From contig CAWGTN010000002.1 in the NCBI GenBank assembly GCA_963825525.1, positions 256,001 to 320,000 on the forward strand: a DNA stretch of 64,000 bases. Direction: 5' to 3'. The first letter of the stretch is position 1, and each line of letters opens with the position of its first letter. Of the stretch, positions 1 through 11,119 are shown piece after piece. The position numbers were made by a program, and so were the translations under genes. The DNA comes from an uncultured Chloroflexia bacterium (GTDB lineage Bacteria > Chloroflexota > Limnocylindria > QHBO01). The notes under the pieces were generated by a model. It saw only the letters and a program-made list of their open reading frames with translations, searched no databases and had not been told where the DNA came from.

Positions 1-504
1 CGGAAGATGCGACGCCTGCCGGGAGCGATCTTCATCGTCGATCCGCACCGAGAGGAGATCGCGGTCGCGGAAGCCCGCCGCCTCGAGATCCCGATCGTGG
101 CGATGACCGATACCAACTGCGACCCGGACCTCATCGACTGGGTGATTCCGGCCAACGACGATGCGATTCGCTCCGTGCGGCTGATCTGCGCGCTGGTGGC
201 CGATGCGGCCAGCGTCGCCCAGCAGGAGCGCCAGGCGAAGCTCGACGAGGAGTTCGAGCAGGCCGAGGCGCTGCCGCCAGTGGACGACACGGCCCTCGGA
301 TCGGAAGCCGATTACACCGCGGCCCTCGCCACCGGCGAAGCCCTGGTATTCGAGCCCGAGCCGGAGGACGACGAGGAGGAGGAGCGCAAGGCTCGCGCCC
401 GCCGTGCCGCCCACATCGAGGAGGGCGAGCCGGAGCACAACCCCGATCGTGAGCACGAGCGCCAGATCGACGAGCACCTCAAGGAAAAGGAGCCCCGCCC
501 GTAG
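1..504 (+). CDS. rpsB: 30S ribosomal protein S2, 5'-truncated by the window edge, with long acidic C-terminal tail
   Basis: S2 C-terminal motifs [27 protein letters not shown]; directly upstream of tsf. Confidence 0.97.
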   Translation, partial: RKMRRLPGAIFIVDPHREEIAVAEARRLEIPIVAMTDTNCDPDLIDWVIPANDDAIRSVRLICALVADAASVAQQERQAKLDEEFEQAEALPPVDDTALGSEADYTAALATGEALVFEPEPEDDEEEERKARARRAAHIEEGEPEHNPDREHERQIDEHLKEKEPRP

Positions 505-520
505 TCGGCGGGGGAAGGAC

Positions 521-1153
521 ATGACGAACACATTGACGATCAAGCCCGAGGACGTGAAGCGCCTGCGCGAGCAGACCGGCGCCGGAATCATGGACTGCAA
601 GCGCGCGCTCGAAGCATCCGCGGGCGACTACGAGAAGGCGGCCGTGTTCCTTCGCGAGAAGGGCCTGTCGACCGCAGCCAAGAAGGCCGGACGCGCCGCT
701 CGCGAGGGCATCGTGACCAGCTACATCCACCACGGGTCCCGCCTCGGCGTGCTCCTTGAGCTCAACTGCGAGACGGACTTCGTCGCGCGGACCGACGACT
801 TCCAGCAGCTCGCGCGCGAGATCGCGATGCAGGTCGCGGGCATGGCGCCGCTCTATGTGAGCCGCGATGACGTGCCGGCCGAGATCATGGACGAGCAGAA
901 GCGGCTCTTCGCCGTTGATGCCGAGCGGGATGGCCGTCCGGCCGATCGGGTGCCGATGATCGTGGAGGGCAAGCTCAACAAGTGGCTCGAGTCGGTGTGC
1001 CTGCTCGATCAACCCTACCGGGACACGGATCGCAAGATCGGCGATCTCATCACCGAGAAGGTCGCCCTCCTCGGCGAGAACATCAAGGTTGCCCGATTCG
1101 TCCGGATGGGCGTGGGTGAGACTGCCCTGCCCGACACCGAGGAGGCCGCCTGA
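521..1153 (+). CDS. tsf: Elongation factor Ts, short form (about 210 aa)
   Basis: [16 protein letters not shown] and [10 protein letters not shown] motifs; ATG at 521 follows a purine-rich RBS. Confidence 0.97.
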   Translation: MTNTLTIKPEDVKRLREQTGAGIMDCKRALEASAGDYEKAAVFLREKGLSTAAKKAGRAAREGIVTSYIHHGSRLGVLLELNCETDFVARTDDFQQLAREIAMQVAGMAPLYVSRDDVPAEIMDEQKRLFAVDAERDGRPADRVPMIVEGKLNKWLESVCLLDQPYRDTDRKIGDLITEKVALLGENIKVARFVRMGVGETALPDTEEAA

Positions 1154-1155
1154 CG

Positions 1156-1893
1156 GTGCCTTCATCGGCCGCCGCTTCGACACCGTCCCGGCGTCGGGTC
1201 CTGCTGAAGCTGTCCGGTGAAGCGCTGATGGGCGAGCACGACTACGGGATCGACCCGGAGGTGGTTCGGGCGATTGCCGCCCAGGTGGCGGCCGGAAAGC
1301 AGGACGGCACCGAGATCGCGGTGGTGGTCGGCGGTGGAAACATCTTCCGCGGCCTGGCGGCAAGCGCTCGGGGCATGGACCGCTCGACGGGCGACTACAT
1401 GGGGATGCTGGCGACCGTCATGAATGGGCTGGCCATCCAGGACGCCCTCGAGCAGGCTCAGTGCCCAACGCGGGTCATGAGCGCCATCGCCATGAACGAG
1501 ATCTGCGAGCCCTACATTCGGCGCCGCGCGGAGCGCCATCTCGAAAAGGGACGCGTGGTGGTCATGGTCGCCGGGACGGGCAATCCATACTTCACGACGG
1601 ACACGGCGGCGACGCTCCGAGCGGTCGAGGTCCACGCCCAGGTGATCCTGAAGGCGACACGCGTCGACGGGGTGTACGATGCCGACCCCGAGAAGCATCC
1701 CGAAGCACAGCGGTACAGCCAGATCGGCTACACCGATCTGTTGAGCAATCGACTTCAGGCGCTGGATGCGACCGCGGTGAGCCTGGCCATGGACAACGAC
1801 ATGCCGATCGTTGTGTTCGACATGACCGTCCCTGGCAATATCACGCGGGCGATTGCCGGCGAACGAATTGGCACGCTGATCTCAGGAGAGTGA
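1156..1893 (+). CDS. pyrH: UMP kinase
   Basis: [28 protein letters not shown]. Confidence 0.97.
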   Translation: MPSSAAASTPSRRRVLLKLSGEALMGEHDYGIDPEVVRAIAAQVAAGKQDGTEIAVVVGGGNIFRGLAASARGMDRSTGDYMGMLATVMNGLAIQDALEQAQCPTRVMSAIAMNEICEPYIRRRAERHLEKGRVVVMVAGTGNPYFTTDTAATLRAVEVHAQVILKATRVDGVYDADPEKHPEAQRYSQIGYTDLLSNRLQALDATAVSLAMDNDMPIVVFDMTVPGNITRAIAGERIGTLISGE

Positions 1894-1897
1894 ACCG

Positions 1898-2455
1898 ATG
1901 ACGCATGCGGCGCTGATCGCGATCGAACCCAAGATGCAGCGGGCCATCGAGGCCATGGAGCGCGACTTTGCCGGGATCCGGACCGGACGGGCGTCGACCG
2001 CGCTCGTCGAACGGATCACGGTCGACTACTACGGGGCCCAGACCCCGCTGAACCAGGTCGCCGGGATCAGCACCCCGGACGCCCACCTCATCGTCATCCA
2101 GCCGTGGGATCGATCGGTGCTGTCCGCGATCGAGAAGGCCATCACCAAGAGCGACATCGGGCTCACCCCGAATGTCGATGGCACGGTGGTGCGCCTCAAC
2201 GTTCCGCCGCTGACCGAGGACCGACGCAAGGACATGGTCAAGCAGGTCCGCCGTCGGGCGGAGGAAGCGCGTGTCGAGGTGCGCAACCATCGACGCGAGG
2301 CAGCCGACGAGCTCAAGAAGGCCCTCCGCGACGGCGACGTCTCGGAAGACGAGGAGCACCGGGAGCTGGACGGCCTGCAGAAGCTCACCGATCGGCACGT
2401 CGAGGTCATCGACGCGCGTGCCGAGCGCAAGGAAGCCGAGATCCTGGAGGTCTGA
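1898..2455 (+). CDS. frr: Ribosome recycling factor
   Basis: IRTGRAS and PPLTEDRRK motifs; follows pyrH. Confidence 0.97.
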   Translation: MTHAALIAIEPKMQRAIEAMERDFAGIRTGRASTALVERITVDYYGAQTPLNQVAGISTPDAHLIVIQPWDRSVLSAIEKAITKSDIGLTPNVDGTVVRLNVPPLTEDRRKDMVKQVRRRAEEARVEVRNHRREAADELKKALRDGDVSEDEEHRELDGLQKLTDRHVEVIDARAERKEAEILEV

Positions 2456-2458
2456 CCG

Positions 2459-3151
2459 GTGCCGGACGAGGTCCGACCCCGGCACGTCGCCATCATTGCC
2501 GACGGGAATCGTCGATGGGCGCGCGAGCGCGGCCTGCCGGTGCTGGCCGGGCACATCCAGGGCGTGGAGGCCATCCGGCCGATCGTCCGACGGGCGCGTG
2601 ATCGCGGCGTCGAGACCCTGTCGGTCTACACATTCAGCACCGAGAACTGGGCCCGTCCCGAGGATGAGGTGACCGGCCTGTTCGGCCTCATCGATGGCGC
2701 CGTGCGCCAATACACCGACGAGCTGATCGAGGAGGGCGTGCGCGTCCGTGTCATCGGCCGACTACACGAGGCCCCGGCGGACGTCCAGCGGTCCATCCTC
2801 GCGGCCCAGGACCGGACAGCCGTGGGTTCCCGGCTGACGCTCAACATCTGCTTCAACTACTCGGGGCGTGCCGAGATCGTGGATGCCGCTCGCGCGATGC
2901 TCGCGGCGGGGGTGGATCCCCAGGGGATCGACGAGGATCATTTCGCCTCGCACCTGTACACGACGGGCCAGGCCGATGTCGACCTGATCATTCGGACCGG
3001 CGGGGATCAGCGGACAAGCAACTTCCTCCTCTGGCAGGCGGCATACGCCGAGCTCGTGTTCAGCTCGAAGTTCTGGCCGGACTTCACGGACGACGACTTC
3101 GATGCGGCACTCGACGACTATGTGCGGCGCGACCGCCGATTCGGAGGCTGA
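2459..3151 (+). CDS. uppS: Polyprenyl (undecaprenyl) diphosphate synthase
   Basis: HVAIIADGNRRW, FSTENW, RTGGDQRTSNFLLWQ. Confidence 0.96.
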   Translation: MPDEVRPRHVAIIADGNRRWARERGLPVLAGHIQGVEAIRPIVRRARDRGVETLSVYTFSTENWARPEDEVTGLFGLIDGAVRQYTDELIEEGVRVRVIGRLHEAPADVQRSILAAQDRTAVGSRLTLNICFNYSGRAEIVDAARAMLAAGVDPQGIDEDHFASHLYTTGQADVDLIIRTGGDQRTSNFLLWQAAYAELVFSSKFWPDFTDDDFDAALDDYVRRDRRFGG

Positions 3152-3154
3152 CCG

Positions 3155-4054
3155 ATGCTTCGAACCCGCCTTCTCACCGCGGCCGTGCTGGCCCCGATCA
3201 TCCTGGCCATCGTGCTGCTGGGCGAGCCGTGGCTATCGCTGCTGATCGGGCTGGCCGCATTCCTCGCCTTTGTCGAGCTCGTCGGCCTGCTGGATGCGGC
3301 GGGTTACCAACCGCCACAGGTGCTGACCCTGGTGGGGGGCATGGCGCTCGTGGCCGCGGGGCTGGTGACCACCAACGCCGCGAGCATGGGCGGGGGCATC
3401 GACTTCCTCATCGGCGCGCTTGATCCACCCGGGCTGGTCGCCGCGACGATGGCGGCGGCAGTGCTCCTGCTCTCGCTTGCCTCCTTCACCCGCGGCGACC
3501 CCAGGGCCGGATTCGTGACCTGGTCGGTGACGTCGTTCGGTGTGGCCTACATCGGACTGCTCCTGCCGACCATCGTGCTCGTGGCGCATCTCGCGCCGCC
3601 CGGTGCGACTGCCGGCTCACCGGTCGGACCGCTCGGGATCTCGTCCGGCCCTGCCTGGGGCCTGATGCTGCTGCTCGTCGTGTGGGGCTATGACACCGGG
3701 GCGTATCTCACCGGCCGCTGGCTGGGACGCCGACGGATGCTCGACCACATCAGCCCCTCGAAGACGATGGAAGGCCTTGCCGGGGGGCTGATCGTCGCCA
3801 CCCTCGGGGCTGGAGTCGGGGCGTTTCTGCTGGGGCTCGATCCGTGGCATCCGCTGGTCATCGGCCCCCTCGTCGGCCTGGCCGCACAAGCCGGCGACCT
3901 GGCTGAGTCGATGCTCAAGCGTGCGGCAGGACGCAAGGAATCCGGCTTCCTGGTTCCCGGGCACGGCGGGATCCTCGATCGCGTGGACTCCTTCCTGTTC
4001 GCGGCCCCGGTCCTGGCGGCGTACGCCCTGTTGGCTGTCGGACGCGTCGTATGA
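3155..4054 (+). CDS. cdsA: Phosphatidate cytidylyltransferase
   Basis: Hydrophobic protein with ISPSKTMEG and PGHGGILDRVDS. Confidence 0.95.
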   Translation: MLRTRLLTAAVLAPIILAIVLLGEPWLSLLIGLAAFLAFVELVGLLDAAGYQPPQVLTLVGGMALVAAGLVTTNAASMGGGIDFLIGALDPPGLVAATMAAAVLLLSLASFTRGDPRAGFVTWSVTSFGVAYIGLLLPTIVLVAHLAPPGATAGSPVGPLGISSGPAWGLMLLLVVWGYDTGAYLTGRWLGRRRMLDHISPSKTMEGLAGGLIVATLGAGVGAFLLGLDPWHPLVIGPLVGLAAQAGDLAESMLKRAAGRKESGFLVPGHGGILDRVDSFLFAAPVLAAYALLAVGRVV

Positions 4055-5199
4055 CCGGCGTTGCGGTCCTCGGGTCGACCGGTTCGATCGGTACCCAAAC
4101 GCTCGAGGTGCTTGCCGCCCATCCGGATCGGTTCGAGCTTCGCGGCCTCGCGTCCGGTCGCGGCGGTGAGACGATCGAGCAGCAGCTCGGCGCGTGGCCG
4201 TCGGCTCGGTGGTGGTGTGGGGACGAGAGCGCGCGCCGACTGGCACCGGATCGCTGGTCCGACGGGGGACTGGAGGAGCTGGCGACGGGTGATGACGTTG
4301 AGCTGGTGGTGGTCGCCACCACGGGCATGGCGGCCCTCCCTGCGGTCCTCGCCGCACTGCGCACCGGGCGGCGCGTGGCCCTCGCCAACAAGGAGACCCT
4401 GATCACCGGAGGCCACCTGGTGGCGGCCGAGCTCGGCGCGTCGGACGACGACCCACTGGACCGCCTTCGACCCATCGACAGCGAGCACTCGGCCATCTGG
4501 CAATGCCTGGTTGGGGAACGGATCGAAGAGGTCCGGCGTCTGGTGCTGACCGCCAGCGGAGGTCCATTCCGCGACCGAGATCCGAAGGCCCTCGCCACGG
4601 TCGGCCCGGCCGAGGCCCTGGCACACCCCACCTGGCGGATGGGTCCGAAGATCACCGTCGACTCCGCGACCCTCGTCAACAAGGCGTTCGAGGTCATCGA
4701 GGCCAAATGGCTGTATCGGCTCCCGTACCCTAAGATCGATGCCGTGATCCACCCGCAGAGCATCGTCCACTCCCTCGTCGAGTTCGTGGACGGCTCCTTC
4801 AAGGCACAGCTCGGGATGCCCGACATGCGCCTGCCAATCCAGTACGCGCTGACGTATCCGGCTCGGCTGCCGTCTCCGGCACGGAGCTCGCAACCGGCCG
4901 ATTGGGAACGAATCGACTTCGCTCCGCTTCGTCCAGCTGCCTATCCCGCATACGATGTCGTCCGCGCCGCAGCGGAGGCGGGAGGCAACCGTGGAACCGT
5001 GCTGAATGCCGCAGACGAGGTGGCTGTCAAGGCCTTCCTCGACGGACGGATCGCATTTCCGGCCATCGCCGAGACGATCGCATCGGCCATCGAGCGCTGG
5101 GGCGCGCCGGATGAGCCCGACCTGGCCTCCATCGTTGAGCTCGACAGCGAGGTCCGCTCTCAGCTCACGGTCGACCTGAACGCAGAGACGCCGGCGTGA
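4051..5199 (+). CDS. dxr: 1-deoxy-D-xylulose 5-phosphate reductoisomerase
   Basis: LGSTGSIG, LANKE, PIDSEH, HPTWRMGPKITVDSAT. Confidence 0.97.
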   Translation: MTGVAVLGSTGSIGTQTLEVLAAHPDRFELRGLASGRGGETIEQQLGAWPSARWWCGDESARRLAPDRWSDGGLEELATGDDVELVVVATTGMAALPAVLAALRTGRRVALANKETLITGGHLVAAELGASDDDPLDRLRPIDSEHSAIWQCLVGERIEEVRRLVLTASGGPFRDRDPKALATVGPAEALAHPTWRMGPKITVDSATLVNKAFEVIEAKWLYRLPYPKIDAVIHPQSIVHSLVEFVDGSFKAQLGMPDMRLPIQYALTYPARLPSPARSSQPADWERIDFAPLRPAAYPAYDVVRAAAEAGGNRGTVLNAADEVAVKAFLDGRIAFPAIAETIASAIERWGAPDEPDLASIVELDSEVRSQLTVDLNAETPA

Positions 5200-6326
5200 T
5201 CGAGATCATCGGCACGATCGCCGCCTTCCTTGGGGTGCTCGTCGTCCTCGTGCTCGTCCACGAGCTCGGCCACTTCGTCGTGGCGAAGCGCGCCGGCATC
5301 ACGGTCCAGGAATTCGGGATCGGCTTCCCGCCACGCGTCGGGTCGGTCATGTGGCACGGGACCCGGTACAGCCTCAACTGGATCCCGCTCGGGGGCTTCG
5401 TGAAGATGCTCGGCGAGGACGGGGATGTCGAGGTGCGCCGCCTGCGAGAACAGGGCATGACCTCGACCGAGGTCGAGCAGGCCATGGCGGGAGCATTCAA
5501 TCGCAAGCCCCTGTGGATCCGCATCGGCGTGCTGTTGGCCGGCGTTGTCATGAACTTCGTGCTGGCAGCGGGGTTGTTCGCGATCGCGCTCAGCCTGCCC
5601 ATCCCGCTGGGCCACGGCCCACTGACCGTGATCAGCGTGCAGGACAGCAGCCCGGCCCAGGGCCGCCTCGAGATAGATGACGTCATCACCGCCGCCGATG
5701 GACGCACCTTCGAGCGATCGGCCGACCTGACCGAGTACGTGGCAAGCAGGGCGGGCTTCGTCGTCGACCTCACGGTGATCCGCGACGACGCGGAGCTCGA
5801 GGTCTCGCTCATCCCGCGATCGGTGAGCCAGGAGGATCGGCAGCGTGGCATCGGGCCGGTCGGATTCTCGTACGAGCCTGAACGGCTGGTCGACGAGCCG
5901 TCCACGGTCACCGGGCCTCTCGACGCCATCGGGCGCGGGACGTCCGCAGCCGCGACCCTGGCGGCCCAGATTCCCGGCGGCCTGGCGAGCGCGGTTGGCG
6001 GGCTCATCGGCCTCAACCCCGATGGTGGGGACGCACTCGGACCCATCGGCATCGCGCAGGAGACCGGGCGCGTGCTGCAGGCACCGCTGGTGAGCCAGCT
6101 CCTCTTCGTCGGTGTCCTCTCGATCAACCTGGCGGTGCTCAACGTGCTGCCGTTCCCGCCGCTGGACGGTGGGCGAATCATGGTCGTGGTGCTGGAAGCG
6201 GCTCGCCGTCGACGCCTGCCGGCCGAGCGCGAAGCACTCATCTACCTCACCGGCTTCGCCGTCCTGCTGGCCCTCGTCATCCTGATCAGCATCCAGGATA
6301 TCCAGCGCCTCGTCACGGGCGGCTGA
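5196..6326 (+). CDS. rseP: RIP metalloprotease (M50 family, PDZ domain)
   Basis: HELGH zinc motif and NVLPFPPLDGG; follows dxr. Confidence 0.93.
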   Translation: MIEIIGTIAAFLGVLVVLVLVHELGHFVVAKRAGITVQEFGIGFPPRVGSVMWHGTRYSLNWIPLGGFVKMLGEDGDVEVRRLREQGMTSTEVEQAMAGAFNRKPLWIRIGVLLAGVVMNFVLAAGLFAIALSLPIPLGHGPLTVISVQDSSPAQGRLEIDDVITAADGRTFERSADLTEYVASRAGFVVDLTVIRDDAELEVSLIPRSVSQEDRQRGIGPVGFSYEPERLVDEPSTVTGPLDAIGRGTSAAATLAAQIPGGLASAVGGLIGLNPDGGDALGPIGIAQETGRVLQAPLVSQLLFVGVLSINLAVLNVLPFPPLDGGRIMVVVLEAARRRRLPAEREALIYLTGFAVLLALVILISIQDIQRLVTGG

Positions 6327-6361
6327 GCGAGCCCGCGGGTGCGGGAAATTGGGTGATCGGG

Positions 6362-6367
6362 TATACT
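6362..6367 (+). promoter_or_regulatory. Putative sigma70 -10 element for the nusA-infB operon
   Basis: TATACT in the intergenic gap upstream of nusA; no clear -35. Confidence 0.55.
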
Positions 6368-6420
6368 CCGGGACGGTTCGACCGACCATTCGACGAACCA
6401 CAATATTGAACTGAGTAACG

Positions 6421-6459
6421 AGGACGTGGGTCGGTTCGCCATCCCACGTCTTTGTTTGT
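6421..6459 (+). terminator. Leader terminator/attenuator upstream of nusA (rimP-leader-like)
   Basis: Stem GACGTGGG (6423-6430) / CCCACGTC (6443-6450) followed by TTTGTTTGT, lying between the promoter and the nusA RBS. Confidence 0.7.
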
Positions 6460-6486
6460 CCGGCGACCGGGGAGCGAGGAGCGGCC

Positions 6487-7635
6487 ATGAATCGAGACTT
6501 CATCGGGGCACTGCTCCAGCTGAACGCCGAGAAGGGTGTCCCGCAGGAGATCCTGATCCGTACCCTCGAACAGGCGATCGAGTCGGCATATCGCCGAAAT
6601 GCCGATGCGCCCGAGAACGTCGTCGTCACCGTCAATCCGGAGACGGGAGAGATCAGTGTCGCCCGTGAGTACGAGGTGATGGCCACGCCGGAGGAGATCG
6701 AGGATCCGGAGGCCCAGATGTTCGTGGCCGATGCCCAGAAGATCGACCCGGCGACCGGCGTCGGCGCCAAGGTGCGCATCCCTGAGAACGTGACCCAGGC
6801 CCAGCTCGGACGGATCGCCGCACAGACCGCGGGCCAGGTCTACCGCCAGCGGCTGCGCGAGGCGCAGCGGGACGTCGTGTTCCAGCAATACGCGTCGCGC
6901 GAGGGCGAGATCATGACCGGCACCGTGCAGCGCACGACCGAGTCCGCCGTTGTGCTCGACATGGGCAAGGACGTCGAGGCGGTGCTTGCCGTGACCGAGC
7001 AGCTCCCGAGCGAGACATATCGGATCGGCCAGCACCTCAAGGTCTACGTCATGGAGGTACGCCGAACGACCCGTGGTCCGGTCATCGTGGCCAGTCGCAC
7101 GCATCGCGGGTTCCTGCGCCGCCTGATGGAGATGGAGATCCCCGAAATCTACAACGGTACCGTCGTGATCCGAGGCATCGCGCGAGAGGCGGGAAGTCGC
7201 TCGAAGGTGGCCGTCGAGAGCCGACAGCAGGGCGTCGACGCCAAGGGGGCGGCGGTCGGTCAGCGAGGGGCCCGGATCCAGTCGATCGTGGCCGAGCTGA
7301 ACGGCGAGAAGGTCGATATCGTTCTGTGGGACGAGGACGCGGGCCGCTTCGTGGCGGAGGCATTGAGCCCTGCGGAAGTGCTGAGCGTCCGCGTGGACGA
7401 AGAGCACAAGATCGCGAACGTCATCGTGCCCGAGCGACAGCTCAGCCTCGCCATCGGCAAGGAGGGCCAGAATGCCCGACTCGCGGCGAAGCTGACGGGC
7501 TGGCGTATCGACATTCGGTCCGAGACTGGAGTGGCGAGCGCGGCTGCCGGCAGCGAGCACCCCGGAGAGGATGGGGAGCACGAGGTCCACGAGCCACTCG
7601 AGGAGGCAGCCGTCGATGCCGAAGCGGCGACCTGA
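6487..7635 (+). CDS. nusA: Transcription termination factor NusA
   Basis: [41 protein letters not shown]. Confidence 0.97.
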   Translation: MNRDFIGALLQLNAEKGVPQEILIRTLEQAIESAYRRNADAPENVVVTVNPETGEISVAREYEVMATPEEIEDPEAQMFVADAQKIDPATGVGAKVRIPENVTQAQLGRIAAQTAGQVYRQRLREAQRDVVFQQYASREGEIMTGTVQRTTESAVVLDMGKDVEAVLAVTEQLPSETYRIGQHLKVYVMEVRRTTRGPVIVASRTHRGFLRRLMEMEIPEIYNGTVVIRGIAREAGSRSKVAVESRQQGVDAKGAAVGQRGARIQSIVAELNGEKVDIVLWDEDAGRFVAEALSPAEVLSVRVDEEHKIANVIVPERQLSLAIGKEGQNARLAAKLTGWRIDIRSETGVASAAAGSEHPGEDGEHEVHEPLEEAAVDAEAAT

Positions 7636-7891
7636 TCACGTCCCGACCCGGACGTGCGCCGTCTGCCGCCAGTCGCATCCGAAGCGCGACATGACGCGTG
7701 TCGTGCGCGCACTCGACGGAAGCATCAACCGCGACGACACCGGCCGCGCGCCGGGGCGCGGAACGTACATCTGCCAGGACCCGGCCTGCCGCGACAACGA
7801 GCGCAGCGCGGCCGCCGTGAAGCGAGCGCTCGGGAGCGAGCCAGCGCCCGGAACGCTCGACATCAAGGGAGCACCACATGCCACCACGTAG
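7616..7891 (+). CDS. ylxR: YlxR/RnpM family RNA-binding protein
   Basis: PTRTCAVCR and GRGTYIC motifs; between nusA and infB. Confidence 0.9.
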   Translation: MPKRRPDHVPTRTCAVCRQSHPKRDMTRVVRALDGSINRDDTGRAPGRGTYICQDPACRDNERSAAAVKRALGSEPAPGTLDIKGAPHATT

Positions 7892-9785
7892 ATACCGACC
7901 ACGTCGCGGACCCCGTCCCCAGCGCAAGCGCCCCGGAGGACCGGGCGGTGGCGTGGCAACCGAGGCCCAGGCACCGGTCCGCCCGGCCGGCCCGGTCGAG
8001 CTGCCCAGCTCGGTCGCCGTCAAGGATTTCGCCGAGACGCTCGGCGTCAGCGCCGCCGAGGTTATCAATGTCCTGATCCGCAACGGCATCTTCGCGACCG
8101 TCAACCAGACGATCGACTTCGACACAGCCTCGCTGGTGGCAGCCGAGCTCGGCTTCGAGACGGTCGAGGGCGGTGCGGCGGAGCGTGCGGCCGCGGTCGC
8201 GGCCAACGAGCAGGAGCTCGTCAAGCCCGGAAGCGCCGAAGAGGGCGACGGCAAGCCGGTGCTGTGGACCGAGGACGATCCCTCGAAGCTCCAGACGAGG
8301 GCGCCGATCGTCACCGTCATGGGGCACGTCGACCACGGCAAGACCAGCCTGCTCGATGCCATCCGCGAGACAAAGGTCGCCTCGGGCGAGAGCGGCGGCA
8401 TCACCCAGCACATCGGCGCCAGCGAGGTCGTTCACAACGACAAGCGCATCGTGTTCCTGGACACGCCCGGTCATGAGGCATTCACCGCAATGCGAGCCCG
8501 CGGGGCGCAGGTCACGGACATCGCGATCATCGTGGTGGCCGCCGACGACGGCGTGATGCCGCAGACCAAGGAGGCGATCGATCACGTGCGCGCCGCGCGC
8601 GTCCCGATGATCGTGGCCATCAACAAGGTCGACAAGCCGGACGCCCAGCCGGACCGGGTCAAGCAGGAGCTGGCCGACAACAAGGTGCTCATCGAGGAGT
8701 ACGGCGGCGACGTCATCGCCGTTCCGGTCAGCGCCAAGCAGCGGACCGGGATCGACGACCTCATGGAGATGGTCCTGCTGGTCGCTGATCTCCAGGACCT
8801 CAAGGCCAACCCGGATCGCGATGCCATCGGCACGATCGTCGAGTCCAAGGTCGACAAGGGCCGTGGCAACGTGGCCACCGTCCTGGTGCAGACCGGTACG
8901 TTGAAGGTCAGCCAGATCGTCAGCGTCGGACGGACCTGGGGCCGCGTGCGCGCAATGAACAACGCGGCCGGCAAGCGCGTGAAGCAGGCGGAGCCGGCGT
9001 CGGCGGTCGAGATCATCGGCCTCCAGGGGCTGCCCGAGGCGGGGGACACCCTGCGCGTGGTCGCGGACGAGAAGACGGCGCGTGACGCCGCCGAAGCGGC
9101 CGACCGCGTGGTTGCCGGTGCCGACGGACAGAAGGTGAGCACCCTCGAGGAGATCAGCGCCCAGATCAAGGACAACGAGGTCGCTGAGCTGCGGGTCGTG
9201 CTCAAGACCGACGTCCAGGGTTCGCTCGGAGCCATCAGGCACTCGCTCGAGCGGCTCAATACGAGCGAGGTCCGGATCAACATCCTGCGCGAGGGGGCGG
9301 GCGACATCAACGAGAGCGACATCAACCTGGCTTCGGCATCGGAGGCGGTTGTCATCGGCTTCAATGCCAAGCTCGATGCCGGCGCACAGCGCTCGGTGGA
9401 GGCCACCGGCGTCGACGTCCGCCTGTACGACGTCATCTACAAGCTCACCGACGATGTCGGGCTGGCACTCTCCGGACTGCTCGCGCCGAAAATCGTGGAG
9501 CAGGTGGAGGGCCATGCCGAGGTCCGAATGGTGATCAAGGCAGGTCGCGCAGGCAACGTCGCCGGTTCGTACGTGATCGACGGGCGGATCGTGCGCGGTG
9601 GCCAGGCACGGCTGATGCGCGGTGGCGAAGTGATCGCCGATACCCGCATCACCTCGCTCAAGCGCTTCAAGGACGACGTCCGCGAAGTCGCCACCGGCTT
9701 CGAGTGCGGCATCGGGCTCGATGCCGATGACATCGCCGTGGGTGATGTCATCGAGTGCTACCAGATGGTGACCGAGCAGGCCTGA
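7878..9785 (+). CDS. infB: Translation initiation factor IF-2
   Basis: [31 protein letters not shown]. Confidence 0.98.
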   Translation: MPPRRYRPRRGPRPQRKRPGGPGGGVATEAQAPVRPAGPVELPSSVAVKDFAETLGVSAAEVINVLIRNGIFATVNQTIDFDTASLVAAELGFETVEGGAAERAAAVAANEQELVKPGSAEEGDGKPVLWTEDDPSKLQTRAPIVTVMGHVDHGKTSLLDAIRETKVASGESGGITQHIGASEVVHNDKRIVFLDTPGHEAFTAMRARGAQVTDIAIIVVAADDGVMPQTKEAIDHVRAARVPMIVAINKVDKPDAQPDRVKQELADNKVLIEEYGGDVIAVPVSAKQRTGIDDLMEMVLLVADLQDLKANPDRDAIGTIVESKVDKGRGNVATVLVQTGTLKVSQIVSVGRTWGRVRAMNNAAGKRVKQAEPASAVEIIGLQGLPEAGDTLRVVADEKTARDAAEAADRVVAGADGQKVSTLEEISAQIKDNEVAELRVVLKTDVQGSLGAIRHSLERLNTSEVRINILREGAGDINESDINLASASEAVVIGFNAKLDAGAQRSVEATGVDVRLYDVIYKLTDDVGLALSGLLAPKIVEQVEGHAEVRMVIKAGRAGNVAGSYVIDGRIVRGGQARLMRGGEVIADTRITSLKRFKDDVREVATGFECGIGLDADDIAVGDVIECYQMVTEQA

Positions 9786-9788
9786 CCG

Positions 9789-10139
9789 ATGAGCCAGCGA
9801 ACGGATCGGCTGGACAGCCAGATCCGGACCGAGCTCGCTGAGCTGATGCATCGCGAGATGAAGGATCCGCGCATCGGGTTCGCCACCATCACGCGCGTGG
9901 AGACTGCGCGCGACCTCGGGTCGGCAAAGGTGTGGGTCAGCATCATGGGGACCGATGAGGAGCGCGAGGGGACGATGAAGGCCCTGAATGATGCCGCGCC
10001 CTGGATGCGGCGGCAGCTGGGTGCGAGGCTGACGATTCGCCACATTCCGCAGCTGCTGATTCGCCACGACGACTCGATTGAGGCGGGGGACCGCGTGCTG
10101 CGGCTGCTTCGCGAGCTCGAGCAAGAGGGGCACCAATGA
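9789..10139 (+). CDS. rbfA: Ribosome-binding factor A
   Basis: KDPRIGFATITRVE and IPQL..DDSIE; follows infB. Confidence 0.95.
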   Translation: MSQRTDRLDSQIRTELAELMHREMKDPRIGFATITRVETARDLGSAKVWVSIMGTDEEREGTMKALNDAAPWMRRQLGARLTIRHIPQLLIRHDDSIEAGDRVLRLLRELEQEGHQ

Positions 10140-11119
10140 GTCGCGCCGATGTCGTGGCAGCCATCCTCGGCGCGGAGCGCATCACCGCCATCTGCCACGA
10201 GAATCCCGATGCCGACACGCTGGGGTCGGCGCTTGCCCTGCGCATCGCCGTCGAGCGACTCGGCAAGCAGGCCGAGGTGGTGGCGGCCGATCCCGTGCCG
10301 CCCACGCTGGTGGACATGCCCGGGGCGCGCGACGTCCGCACCAGTCCGCAGCTGGAGCCCGACGTGGCGGTCGTCCTCGACGGCCCGCTGTCCCGGACCG
10401 GTTCGGTGGTGACCACCTCGGCCGATTGGCTGTCACGCGCCCGCATCGTGAACATTGACCATCACGTGTCGAACGACGGAAGCGAGGCGTCGGTCGTGTG
10501 GGTGGACCCGGAGGCGGCCGCGACCTGCGAGATGATGGCCCTTCTCATCCCGGACCTCGGCGTCGAGCTCGACATCGACATGGCGACCGTTCTCACCGCC
10601 GGGATCGTCCAGGACACGCACACCTTCTCGCATCCCAACGCAACGCCTCGCACGCTGCGGGTGGCGGCCGACCTCGTGGCGGTCGGGGCACCGCTGTCGG
10701 CAATCCACCGCCTGATCTACGCCGACAAGCCGTACTCGACCCTGGCCCTGTGGGGGCGGATCATGGCCGGGATCGGTGAGCGCCGCGACGGGCGCATCGT
10801 CCACGCTTCGATGACGACCGAGATGCTCGCAGAGACGGGGACGCAGCCCGTGGCATCCGAGGGATTCATCGACCTGCTCGCGACCACGAAGGTCGCGGAC
10901 ATCACGGTCCTGCTCAAGGAAGTCGACGCCACGCACGTCCGGGTCAGCGTGCGCACCAGCGCGCGCGCGGATGCGGTCGCGGTGACCTCGACATTCGGTG
11001 GCGGTGGGCATGCTCGGGCTGCCGGCTGTTCGATCGACGCACCGCTGTCGGAGGCGCGGACCCTCCTGCTGGACGAATGCGAGCGCGAGCTCGACCGAGC
11101 CGATGCTCGGGGTCGTTAA
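10136..11119 (+). CDS. nrnA: DHH/DHHA1 phosphoesterase (NrnA-like nanoRNase/pAp phosphatase)
   Basis: HENPDAD, IDHH, GGGGHARAAG; rbfA-DHH-truB context. Confidence 0.85.
   Translation: MSRADVVAAILGAERITAICHENPDADTLGSALALRIAVERLGKQAEVVAADPVPPTLVDMPGARDVRTSPQLEPDVAVVLDGPLSRTGSVVTTSADWLSRARIVNIDHHVSNDGSEASVVWVDPEAAATCEMMALLIPDLGVELDIDMATVLTAGIVQDTHTFSHPNATPRTLRVAADLVAVGAPLSAIHRLIYADKPYSTLALWGRIMAGIGERRDGRIVHASMTTEMLAETGTQPVASEGFIDLLATTKVADITVLLKEVDATHVRVSVRTSARADAVAVTSTFGGGGHARAAGCSIDAPLSEARTLLLDECERELDRADARGR

Noticed and set aside
7863-10136. Long antisense ORFs (757 aa here; others at 5160-6779, 30363-32381, 22992-24497)
   Set aside because: Shadow frames of high-GC genes with no recognisable motifs.
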